Below are positions 23,456-34,248 of a stretch of DNA of 64,000 nt, one piece after another; position 1 is the stretch's first letter, and the number at the start of each line of letters is the position of its first letter. This DNA comes from Massalongia carnosa (lineage: Eukaryota). The stretch covers positions 1,302,001-1,366,000 of the forward strand of contig OZ287073.1 in assembly GCA_965645245.1 (NCBI GenBank), read 5' to 3'. Below the pieces are notes generated by a model that saw only the letters and a program-made list of their open reading frames with translations, searched no databases and was not told the origin of the DNA. A program made the translations under genes and the position numbers.

Positions 23456-24901
23456 TTAAAGCGCTCGTTCTTTCATCTCTAATTTCGCGTTCATGCCCAC
23501 AATGCATCGCACCAGGTCCCAATCACCCTTGTAGCCAACCCAGTCGCATACTACGATCCCAGTGCCCCCATCCCCAAGCACCAATGCTCGCTGCTCATCC
23601 TCCGGCTTATCCACTGCTTCGACCTCGTTATGTTTTGTGCACAAGTACTCGACGATTGCAGGATTCAACTTTGCAGCAATCTTTTCCGGCCAACAACCCA
23701 CCTTCCAGAAGTTGCTGGCAGTCAGGAAGTTTATAAAAAAAGGCTGTTTAGGGACAGACGCAAAATCAAGAGTGCCAGGCCCTGGAAGCACGCAGGCGCA
23801 TTGCGCTGCCCGAGCGAGGTGCTCTTCGGAGTACTTGAGTTTCTTGTCAATATTTTGAGTTTCAAGAACCTCATAGAAATCCTGAACGCAGATATCTCCA
23901 CCGGGGCAGGTATCGTTAGGGGTATTGTCCGCCCAATTCTCGGCATTTATGCACCAGCCTGCGCCACCCCATTCGTTTCGAAGCCCATCTTCCAAGGCGA
24001 AACGTCGAATTAGTACAATTTTGCGTCGAGCTTCGCCAAGAGTCGGAATGCGGGGAGCAGTGAACCATCGATTTACGTCACCGGCATAGTAATCCCTCAA
24101 AATCCGGCTCAGTTGGGCATCATTTGCGTTTCCAGTCCCTTCGCGCTTGATCGACATAATGACGGTTTCGCTTGGATTCTGATCTAAGAAAGTGTAGACT
24201 TCTTTCAGAAGATCACGAAAGTATTTTGCACCCGTCAAGGAGATAGGAAAGACGCTGTGCACTAGAATAAGCGCATCTTTGGTAGGATCCTGAGGACTCT
24301 CTGGTTGAACCCGAATATCAAAAAAGCGCACGCCATTTTGGAGCTGCTCCGGTGGGGAAGTAGCCTGACATCGCACGGAAGGAAGAGCACGGTGACACGT
24401 CGGTGAATTGTGAGTGCCTGGGATAGAGAGAGCAGATAGGGGAGTCTCGTCTTTGAATGAACGCATCCATGAGGAAAGATTGGCCGATGAGTAAATCGTC
24501 AAGTGGGATGACTGAGCAAGGTGTATGGCCGTGAATTGAAACCGAGGCTCAGGGCTTAACGGAGTTAAGCCCTTAGACGCAGCGGTAGGGGCTAAGTCAT
24601 CGAGACAATGACGCTCGGACTCGATTTCAAATGTTAGTCGTATTGATTGGCTTGTTGTGTGTCCCAGTTGAATATCAGTCTTAGTTGACTTGAAAGGCGG
24701 AAGGATGAGGAAAACATCCTTATTGCTAAGAGTCCGTGCGACTGCAGGCGACGTATTAGTACTACGTAACAGCGAAGTGAAGTTGCTAGTAATGTTTGCG
24801 ACTGCTCCACTACCAAAAGTGGGTAAGGCTTCAGAGCATTCGATCTGCTTCAGCTCAATTGGTCTTGAGGTGAGATTTCGAATTACCAAGGGAGAAGCCA
24901 T
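23456..24901 (-). CDS. Phosphatidylinositol-specific phospholipase C, X-domain only (bacterial-like 1-phosphatidylinositol phosphodiesterase family)
   Basis: Motifs PLSALSIPGTHNS, QLQNGVRFFDIR, LVHSVF, FLDQNPSETVIMSIKRE, PTLGEARRKIVLIRRF, VQDFYE, GIVVCDWV. Confidence 0.92.
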   Translation of the reverse strand: MASPLVIRNLTSRPIELKQIECSEALPTFGSGAVANITSNFTSLLRSTNTSPAVARTLSNKDVFLILPPFKSTKTDIQLGHTTSQSIRLTFEIESERHCLDDLAPTAASKGLTPLSPEPRFQFTAIHLAQSSHLTIYSSANLSSWMRSFKDETPLSALSIPGTHNSPTCHRALPSVRCQATSPPEQLQNGVRFFDIRVQPESPQDPTKDALILVHSVFPISLTGAKYFRDLLKEVYTFLDQNPSETVIMSIKREGTGNANDAQLSRILRDYYAGDVNRWFTAPRIPTLGEARRKIVLIRRFALEDGLRNEWGGAGWCINAENWADNTPNDTCPGGDICVQDFYEVLETQNIDKKLKYSEEHLARAAQCACVLPGPGTLDFASVPKQPFFINFLTASNFWKVGCWPEKIAAKLNPAIVEYLCTKHNEVEAVDKPEDEQRALVLGDGGTGIVVCDWVGYKGDWDLVRCIVGMNAKLEMKERAL

Positions 24902-26606
24902 TTTCCAAAATCAGTCTGCCACAACTTTTAGCTTATATAAGAATGCGTTTCGGACGAGGATTTGGCGTCGATGTTTATAATCGGGATGGACATAAGGTGG
25001 GTTAAGTAACTCCCACCGCATACACTAAGCTCATCACAAAAAGGTTAAGGGTAAACCGATCTTTCACGTGATGTATGCAACTCACGACGTTGATTAATGT
25101 AGCGAAATGAACACCCCGAATTACAGAGATACTATAATTTGAGTTGCTTTCCAAGAGAGCATTCGGCTATTTGATTCTTTGCTCTGTCCATTGTACCAGA
25201 TCCCATTCCAAGCCTAGCAATCATCCCAAAAGAGATATTCTATAACGTGATAACCTTGGATAGCCGTATAAGAAATGGCTTGTATTTACAAAGTACTGAT
25301 CCTTGTTTGCCATCTTGGGGGCTCTACGGTCCCTCAAGAACAACTAAGACCGAAAGAGTCAGTAGGTGCAACGCTGGATGACGTTGATTCATTGCAAATT
25401 ATTGCACTAGTTGACCCATTATGATACATAGGCAATAATGACGAAGAAAGGATAGTAAGAGACGATATCTTGAAGATTTATGTATTACAAGCTTAAGTAG
25501 GCACATTAAAAATAATAGCAGAATCAAGCAAATAACAATAGCAAAAGGCACTGGGGTTCAAGCTCCCAAAGAGAAAAATAGCTGCATTTACCCAATTAAA
25601 GAGAACTCAAGGGAACTCCTGAAGTGTCATATAATCACTGTTTTTACCCTCAGGGCACGCATCTTGGGCGTTGAATTTACGCCGGTATTCACGTGATCGA
25701 TGTTCCATTGTATACAGAGGCACTTCGAAATGTTGACCTTAGCCTGGTTGTGTCTTACCCTGCCTTATTGGTAGCTAAAGATTGGCATTGCTGCGAGTCG
25801 GATCTGAAAGGCGATGTTTTTTGATCATTAGGATTTTCGTCGATATCTTTTTGCTGTCGCGTAAGACGACCGTAATCATCTAAGACGATCTATTGACTCA
25901 CAAAAGCTCAGTTTCGATCGATACTAACAATCATGCTCCAAGCTGGGGAGAATCGTTTTTCATGGCAGAAATTCTGCAATAAAAACATGCGAGACAAAAT
26001 ATCATCGGATGATCATTAACAATGCCGAGTTCGATATCCCATGAAAACGAAAGTGTGCTATCGACAGTAAGTTCAATGACGCTCCAAGCTGTAAAAAGGT
26101 TGGTGGTAGGTAGAATTCTTAGCTTGCCGGGAAGCATCGGAGAGCACGAACAGATCGTATCACTGTTGTCTTGTAAACTGCATTTTATGGTAGCCAAGTC
26201 AAAGACTCGTAAGCTCATCAACGTAAAAGGGAGGAAGGTGATAAAAACAGTAGCCACAGCAGTCCACGAACTTGACCTAAGTTGTTCAACTGCTAGGAGA
26301 AAGATATTCTAGGCTTCAAAGAGTCAAGCGAAGATGGCAAGCGGACTCTCTAATGAATTGGTGATATTGTCAAATAAATAGGCGCATCTGCAATTTGAGG
26401 TTGGAGAACCTAGTTGACTGAAAGCCATATTGAGATTCAAGTCCCTAATGCCTAAATTATCGGATTGTTAAGAGGCCACGTGAGTTTGTGTCGCGCAGGT
26501 TGAATGCTAAATCACTGTGGGTCGAATGGAAACTCCCAGTCCCATCGTAGATTTCCCCTATCAATTGAACAAATAATCATACAACGCATTCATCTTTTAG
26601 CAAACA

Positions 26607-26678
26607 AGCAACTTGGCGCAGTGGAAGCGCGCCGGGCTCATAACCCGGAGGGCGTTGGATCGAAACCAACAGTTGCTA
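26607..26678 (+). tRNA. Initiator tRNA-Met (anticodon CAT)
   Basis: Full cloverleaf: acceptor AGCAACT/AGTTGCT with A1:U72, D stem GCGC/GCGC, anticodon stem CCGGG/CCCGG with loop CTCATAA, T-loop ATCGAAA (A54, initiator signature). A T5 Pol III terminator follows at 26690-26694. Confidence 0.97.
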
Positions 26679-26979
26679 TAATATATTTCTTTTTGGCGTT
26701 CCAAGTTAGGTAATTGTATTTCTCAGAAATACTCGGGATTTGGGTCATGTTTAAGACCATGAGGCTGAAATTTTTTGATAATCAGCCGGATGGGGTTAAG
26801 CTCTGGCGCCATGATTAACTAGCTTTTTGCTATGATGGACGGAATATTTCCGTACCGAGGTAGCACCGTTCTGAATTCTTTGACAAGAACTCTCACTTTC
26901 TCCGGAACTTACAAACCATCTAGCCCCAAACAAACCTTCCCCAAAAAACCAATCACCCCAATAACCTAACCCAACAGAC

Positions 26980-27314
26980 ATGTCCCGCGAAGCCTACACC
27001 CCACCCAACCTTCAACCTGCCAACGCCTCCCCTTTCAACCCCCCAGCCTCCAACGAGCAAACTACAGGCCCACTCACGCAGTACCTGTGCGGCGACTGCA
27101 ACTGCAAGGTGCAGCTGAGGAAAGGCGATCCGATCCGCTGCAAGGAATGCGGGCACCGCGTACTTTACAAGGAGAGGACGAAAAGGTAAGCTTAGTTTTC
27201 TTGGTTGGTTGAGAGGCTTTCTAACCCTTTAGGAGAGTGGGAAGGGGGGAAATTGTGAGGAGTAATTGCTAACAGCTGGGTTGGAGTAGGATGGTACAGT
27301 TCGAGGCTCGATGA
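26980..27314 (+). CDS. RPB12: RNA polymerase I/II/III shared subunit RPABC4 (Rpb12/Rpc10); exons 26980-27185 and 27290-27314
   Basis: After splicing GTAAGC...GCTAAC...TAG the product reads YLCGDC...[27 protein letters not shown]. Confidence 0.96.
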
Positions 27315-27557
27315 TACATGGAGGGATGGGAAAGGGAAGTGGTAGAACTGGATAGGAATCTTTATTTGGAGGACTAGTCTGAGGCTGCCAGGAAATCATG
27401 AGGCAAGAGTATCAAGTTTAAAGCTTATGATGGATATCCAGGACGAGCAAGAGGATAAGAAACTCGAGGCGTCGTTGGAAAGGTCTGAAAATAGGTGTCT
27501 GAAACCTTGCTTCTTCCACTAGCTAGCTTAATAGGTATTAGAATTTCAATGAATAAA

Positions 27558-28862
27558 TCATTGCCTGTCTTGAACATGAGTGGCTTTGATGAATGCCTTC
27601 AAGGATGACAACCCTTGTCCGCTCTCAACCGCCCATATTGCTCTTCGCACGCCTTCCTTCAAGCGCAAGCCTCCAGGTCCAATTTCTTGGATCACGCTCC
27701 CATCATCCCCATACCCCATGTCGCTCCTATCAACGTCGCAGATGCCTGATACAGCGAACAGAGCAGCGGTATTGATGAGCACGAAATCCAAGACTGGTGT
27801 ATCCTTCGGCATCTCATTACGAAGAATTTCCATCAGAATATCTGCATTCTCATGCGGTAGTTTTCCTGGCAAGACTTCCGATAACGGGTGTGCAGGAAGC
27901 CCAAAATCTGACGGCTGAAATGAGAAACTCTCGATCTTTACCAGTGTTCGTGGTTGGCAATCGTCATCACTTGTTGTATATTCTTCGTCCTCTTCATATT
28001 TTGATCCTCGAAACTCGGGATTTGGCCTCTCCACCAAGCGCCAACAATACGTTGTGCCAGCGCAGCTGATCTCATCTAAATCCTCAGCACCACAGACCAC
28101 CAATGCCTTCTTAGCACCACTTAATCGTAAGGCCTCTGCGAAGATAGGGCCAAGAGCTCGCTCAGCGACTCCCACGATTCGGGCCTCGATCATCCCTTCG
28201 ACCGGATTCGTAAGCGGCCCTAAAAGATTGAAGATAGTCCTGAAGCCAAGATCTTTCCGGATAGGAGCGATGTGCTTCATTCCTGTATGAAATATAGGGG
28301 CGAAAAGGAACCCGTAATTGGATTTTTCGTACATGAAAGGTAAGGTTTGAGCGGTCACAGCCTCTATATTTGGCGCGTTTGGTTTGATGGCTTGCATCAG
28401 ATCTGCAGAGCCAGTTTTTGATGAAGAAGCACGGTTTCCATGCTTGCTAAGAAGCAACAGTGACGACGCAAGAATCGACGAGGCGGTGGAAATATTGAAG
28501 GTAGAATGGCCGTCCCCACCAGTGCCTACAATATCACAAAGTCCTCCCCTATAGCTCCCTTCTTTCCGCCCTCGGGATCGAATTACCTCCCTAAGAGCTT
28601 TGCGGTCCAGCTGATCTGCCGCGACTCTCATGCTCTCGGCACATTTAGCGATTATTTCAGGGTCTCGATCTCTCTCTGTAGAGTGTAAAACGGTGAGTAA
28701 GCTTGCACATTGAACTGCAGATAGATGATTATTAAAGATCAAAGCTAAGGCAGCAGCAATTTGATCGCCCGTGACCAAGGCATGGTTTGGCCCAGTCAAC
28801 GAAACTAGCAACGGAGAAATTGAAACGAGCTGTAGGCCCTTAGATGCATTTTGCGGTCCCAT
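27558..28862 (-). CDS. TRP4: Anthranilate phosphoribosyltransferase
   Basis: Motifs DIVGTGGDGHSTFNIST, KHGNRASSSKTGSADL, RTIFNLLGPLTNP, LDEIS. The first ATG is at 28862. Confidence 0.95.
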   Translation of the reverse strand: MGPQNASKGLQLVSISPLLVSLTGPNHALVTGDQIAAALALIFNNHLSAVQCASLLTVLHSTERDRDPEIIAKCAESMRVAADQLDRKALREVIRSRGRKEGSYRGGLCDIVGTGGDGHSTFNISTASSILASSLLLLSKHGNRASSSKTGSADLMQAIKPNAPNIEAVTAQTLPFMYEKSNYGFLFAPIFHTGMKHIAPIRKDLGFRTIFNLLGPLTNPVEGMIEARIVGVAERALGPIFAEALRLSGAKKALVVCGAEDLDEISCAGTTYCWRLVERPNPEFRGSKYEEDEEYTTSDDDCQPRTLVKIESFSFQPSDFGLPAHPLSEVLPGKLPHENADILMEILRNEMPKDTPVLDFVLINTAALFAVSGICDVDRSDMGYGDDGSVIQEIGPGGLRLKEGVRRAIWAVESGQGLSSLKAFIKATHVQDRQ

Positions 28863-29433
28863 TGACCCTCCAACAAGAACTGGATCTAATATGAAATATA
28901 TAAAACTGCTTATTGGTTGAGTGGATAAAGAGGATTCAGAGTGGTTTACTATCTTTCTCTGCGAGTTTTCAATCAGCACCGAAATCAGTAACCCATTTTG
29001 AGCACTAGAAGCTTTGCGGTAAATATTAAGTTCGTCGTCAATCTAACTTGTTGCTTTCCCAAATTCATACGCTGTGTAGCTGGGATAGAACTGGAGCAAA
29101 TCCATCGTCGAACTGCAAATCAGGTGTGAGCAGCCAAGGAGTTTAACGATATTGAGGTTTACACATCTTCATTGAACAGCCAACAGACATTCATGCGACA
29201 GGATTTGGGCTATCTAACGGTATTAGGACTTTAGCTGTTTAATGTTGGACTGGAAACCAACAATTAATCGGCAGTCCAGAAAAACGACAGGCATCAGACA
29301 ACTTACAACAAGCACGGAACTGCTAAACTATTTTCCGCCCGTTTCAACTTTGTAAGAGCATACACATATAGAGCAGCAGGTGACTTCATAGCTAAGTAGG
29401 ATCATTTTTATCACCAAAAATCTCGCATCCACA

Positions 29434-30393
29434 ATGCCTCCGCGCTTCTATCTTTGCACGCAATGTCTCTATCCTCTCTCACGACGGCATCCGCTCCGCC
29501 CTTTCCTCGCCAAATACCTTTCAACTATATCGACAGCAGCCACTCCATCCCCCCCACCATTCCCTCCTCCCCAAGCAGCTCGATACGCACCGACTCAACC
29601 GCCGTCACACCGCCCCCCCGAGTTCCGGAAATCCCAGCTCCACAGACAGTACACCTCGCTGCTGCGCTCCACGCCCCTGATGCTCTTCTTCCAACACAAC
29701 AACCTTAAATCCGTCGAATGGATGTCCGTACGCCGCGTACTCACGCTCGCCCTACGCGCTGTCGACGCCTCTCTTCCCGCCTCCTCCCCACTCCTGGCCG
29801 ATAGCATCAAGGTCAACATCATCCAGACCCGTATCTTCGAATCCGCTCTCCTAGTCGCCGAATACTTTGATCCTGAGCTCATTCCCCCCGGAGCCGCACC
29901 ATTCACACACGGCCTCTCCAGTGCCGCCCATGACGCTGTCGCCGCAAACAAAAGCACCCACCCGCTTGCCCCCTTGCTCTTAGGGCCTTTGGCAATCGTC
30001 TCCTTCCCCGTTGTCACCCCCTCACACCTAAAAGCCGCACTCTCAATCCTCGCCCCTAGTGCGGCTTCCTTCCCAGCCCCGACGCGGCGCTCGAACCCGG
30101 GCTACTACGATCCGGTTGTGCAAGGGGGCTTGCAGAAACTGTTACTGCTCGGGGCGCGCGTGGAGGGGCAAGTCTTCGACACGGAGGGCGCGAGGTCGGT
30201 TGGAGGCATCGAGGGGGGGTTGGAAGGGCTGAGAGCGCGCTTGGTAGGAATATTGGGGGGCGTTGGGGCTGGGGTCACGGGCGTTTTGGAGGGGCAAGGG
30301 AGGAGCTTGTACTTCACGTTGGAGGGGAGGCGAGGGATGTTGGAGGATGGGGCTGGGGATGGGGAAGGGAATGGAATAGAGAAAGATAACTAG
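29434..30393 (+). CDS. Mitochondrial large ribosomal subunit protein uL10m (Mrpl11-like)
   Basis: Arg-rich presequence-like N-terminus and motifs RYAPTQPPSHRPPEFRKSQLHRQYTSLLRSTPLMLFFQHNNL and LLLLGARVEG. Confidence 0.8.
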   Translation: MPPRFYLCTQCLYPLSRRHPLRPFLAKYLSTISTAATPSPPPFPPPQAARYAPTQPPSHRPPEFRKSQLHRQYTSLLRSTPLMLFFQHNNLKSVEWMSVRRVLTLALRAVDASLPASSPLLADSIKVNIIQTRIFESALLVAEYFDPELIPPGAAPFTHGLSSAAHDAVAANKSTHPLAPLLLGPLAIVSFPVVTPSHLKAALSILAPSAASFPAPTRRSNPGYYDPVVQGGLQKLLLLGARVEGQVFDTEGARSVGGIEGGLEGLRARLVGILGGVGAGVTGVLEGQGRSLYFTLEGRRGMLEDGAGDGEGNGIEKDN

Positions 30394-31246
30394 TGGAGAG
30401 CAAGGTAGGCGCGGTATGTATAGCATCACCGATGGCTTTCCAACGAATGAAAGAAGCACGGGAAAACAGTCATTACAAAAATCCTTCATTCCTACATTAC
30501 AGGAAATATTCAGAATCCCATGACCTGTCTTGTCATTCGTAGCTAGCTAGGTAGCTATATACAAATATATGTACATACCCATACCGACAGACTTACCTCC
30601 GACCCCCTTTTTCTCCCCTATAAAGCGAACAGAAACCCTTTCCCGAAGACTAGCCATCGGCAACCAAAGCATTCATCCAAACTTCGCATGTGTATATATA
30701 TACATATCCCTCAAACTTTCCTCCTTTCAAAAAAAAACCCCTTTCCCATCCCCAATCCATCCGTCAACTGGGTATACCTTGTCATCCACATCCCTCCCCT
30801 TCGGCTTCCCCGCCCTAGCCCCAAACCCCCAAACTATTTCTGAACAAAGCAGCAACCAAGCAGACAGACAGACAAGCATGCATGTATACAAGCATATGTA
30901 AATTACCTATCCATTCTCCGAATAACTAGATAAGCCCATTGATAAATACAATAATGTCAAAGGGGTTGATTTGGTGGAAGAGATGGAAATATGCTAGATG
31001 TGAAAGAAGAAAAAACACCCGCTCTCCCGCTGAGAACAAAACTGACATTCGAGATCTTGTTTTTCCACAAAACACCATTAATCTTTGTGAGTCTGCCTGA
31101 CATAAAATAACAACGCCGTTTTACAAGGAGTCTCCACGTCGACTAAAACCCCTCCCCGAAGCCACTAAAAATGGGTATCATCAATCTCCTTTCCACCACT
31201 AACACCGCCACTCCTTTCCCCAGCCCTATACTGTTAAAACCTGCAC

Positions 31247-33082
31247 CTAATGCAACAAGGCTTCCATGCCAGACGGAATAGCCCCGGTAGGGGAAACGAT
31301 CTCCCCACTCCTGCGCTTTAAATTTGGGAAAATGGGTTTCGTGGAACTGGCCACGGGTCCGTTGTTACGTGCCGCTTGTGGGGAGATAGGGCCCATGGGC
31401 ATGGTGGAGGGTTCGCCCGCGGTGGTGGTAGTGCCAAAGCGTTTTTGATGTCGTGTGGAGACGGGCTTTGATTTCTTTCCTGCCAGAGCTTGCTGTTGAG
31501 TGGCGGGTTTTGTGATTTTGAAGGAGGAGGTAATTTTGTGCGTGGTGACAACGGAAACGGCAGGTGGTTTTGCGCTGGAGTACTTTTTAGAGGCCGGTTT
31601 TGGGTTGAGAGTTAACTTGTTAGCTTTTACCTTGGCTAATTTGGACATCGAATGTTCTTTTTGTACAATCTTAGCTGGATTTGGTGCAGTTAGTTTGAGC
31701 TTAGTTGGATGCAGTTTTGAGGACTTTGGCCGGGGACTTGCGGTCGGAGTAAGTATTGAGGAATTAAACCTTTTCTTCGTCGGGGAGTGGATGACCACAG
31801 CGATGTTATCTTTAGCTTTGGCTCGTTCAGCATCCGAGTCGGTGCATATTTTGTAGTCGACGCTATTGTCGTCCCAACGCTTCATGGCTGCGCGGAAGGC
31901 GACCTCATCGCATGCTCCCTTCACCACTAGATCAAAGCAATCCTCGAATTCCTTTCCTACAGGAGGCGGTTCGTGGTTCACCCATACCGTCAATCCATCT
32001 CTTCGACCTCGAACAACCCCACACATTTCTCTCACGATCCTTCGCACGCCAGGGATTTTCATGCTTGTCCCAACAACAATCACCGCATCAGGCCGGGTTC
32101 TTAGGTCTGCACTTACTACCGTGCCGATGGCTTCCTCATCCGGGTTATGCTCGTTGTATAAGACTATCCTCGGCCGAAGCCTACCGATTCCGTGACTTCG
32201 TTTCCCCGCATGATCAGTTCGCACTTTGTCTGTTTCTATGCAGGCAGTACACGGTGGTGGTGAGGGACCTTCAAATAAAGCAGCGTCGAAATCCGACAAG
32301 TGATTGCACTTGGAACACACCATCTTTTCTAACCCCCCGTGCAGCTGGATTGTGCGAGGCCAAGGTCCTTTCATGCTCAATGGCACACTTGTCACTAGAG
32401 GCGGCAGTGATGTGTCAATGCCATCCACATTTTGCGTATAGAGTCGCATGAGTCGTCCTTCGTTGGCTAAAGTTGCAAGCATTTGATGGAACGCGGTTGG
32501 TTCCGCATCTCTTACCAATTTCGAAAGCGAGCGCACCATGTCATGAAACGAAGATGTGGAAGAGTCGGTTTGATATACAGAAGCGTCGAAAAGGTGTTTT
32601 CCAGAAGCCTTGACCTTATGTTCACTGCGAAGGGTTGAAAATAGACCTGTAGAGGAACGGAAGTCGGGGACTAATTAATGGGTCAGCAAAAGGGCGAGAT
32701 AGGTGCTTTAGAATGCAGTTATACCCCCGGCCGACACTGATATTCCCGCCCCAGCTATTACTACAATTTTCCGCCTTTTTCGCAACCCCTTGAGAAGGAG
32801 GGCCAAGGGCGCTTTTTGATCGGGCGCATGGTTATTGTCCGGTGCTTGGAGATCTAGGATCTGAGTCGTCCTTGGTTTCGCCTCGAAGATCTTTCGTTTC
32901 TTTGTTGGCGGAAGGTCATCGCCCTCTCGTGGGTGTTTGTTCGAAAGCGGCTGACTTTCGGAGAGGCTTGCGATAGATTCCTGCGACGATGCTGGAGAAG
33001 GATAATCCCCAGGCGGTGGCGGCGATAGCGATCCCACCGAGCTTAGATCCGAGCTATATTTCGTTGAGCATTGGGAGTCCAT
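31247..33082 (-). CDS. HST4: NAD-dependent deacetylase, Hst3/Hst4 sirtuin class; exons 33082-32725 and 32670-31247
   Basis: Motifs GAGISVSAGVPDFRS (after splicing), RLYTQNVDG, IQLHG, two CxxC zinc pairs, LRPRIVLYNE, VVGTSMKIPG. Confidence 0.9.
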
Positions 33083-34248
33083 AATCTTGAAAGGCAGCAC
33101 AGCCAGGTCACTCAAGGAGCAGAAGCAATCAGAGGTCGAATCGATTCATAAAGTCTTCAAATGAGAACAGTTTGGCGATAGAGGTAGCGAGAAGATCCCT
33201 CTGTAGGGAAGTAGAAGCTTTGAAACAGGTATGATGAGGAATTGGCACGAAGGAGAGACTTTTGGTGGGGAAGCGGGTTGTTCGATAAGAGGAGAGAGGA
33301 GGAGAACAGACATATGACGAAGAAGCAAGTGTGGGAAGCGGGTGCGAGTGTTGTTCGATTCAAGCCCACATGCGCTAAACTCGATGCTGAATACACCCAT
33401 CGTACGGATACGGGATCAAACAGCCTCACATTGCCCCGAAACTGACTAGATGGAACCGCCGAGACGGGACTGCCAGGGACACCGTCCCCCAACTCTACAT
33501 AACATAGCACAGAGTACTCTGTACACTGTATGATGTACGCTGTACGCTGTACGCTGTACCCGCCCACGAACCCTAAAAATATCTTCTCCTATCTACGGAG
33601 TAGGTGCTCTGTACTCGATGTTGCGCTTTGTTTACCTCCTGGCTACTTTGTTTACAATCTAAAAATTAAAAGGAAGCGCACGCCGTCTCCATCCCCAACC
33701 GAGTCAGCGGGTAGAATCACTACTTTACTCCAATTAAATTCATCTAACATACAGAATACTCTGTGCTCTGTACTTTTTACCTTATCCTCCGGTGCAGCTT
33801 GCTAACATTGTTCACGTGAGTTGTTAGCAGCAAGCACCGTGAATTGATTCAAAGGTGAATCATCAATGTTTCTTGGGAATGAGTTACTTCGCCTGTGTTG
33901 ATGCATGTAGACATTCACACGGATCTCCGTCTTCCAGTTTCCTATTCAATAGTCAGCTTAGTGACACCCGTTTTTCTTATTCCCATGTGTTGTCCCGGGC
34001 TCTCTATTGTTGAACGCTTCTACGTGTACTCCGGTGGTCGCTTAGCTAAGCAGACCAGGTGTGAGCACAGAGCAAGCGTCAACCTGTTACTCTGAATCAA
34101 TCTTCTCGATCCATTACTTCTCTACCAATATACTATTTAGCTTGAATGATTTGCTACTGCTTGGGTTCTATTTGGGAATCTTTATTGGTTTACTTCAATG
34201 CTGCGCATCCATCTCGCTCTACCATCTACAAATCCAACTATATAGAGG

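Noticed and set aside
23456..24901. Recent bacterial transfer of the intronless PI-PLC
   Set aside because: This X-domain-only family is common in filamentous fungi, and neighbouring native genes (TRP4, uL10m) are also intronless.
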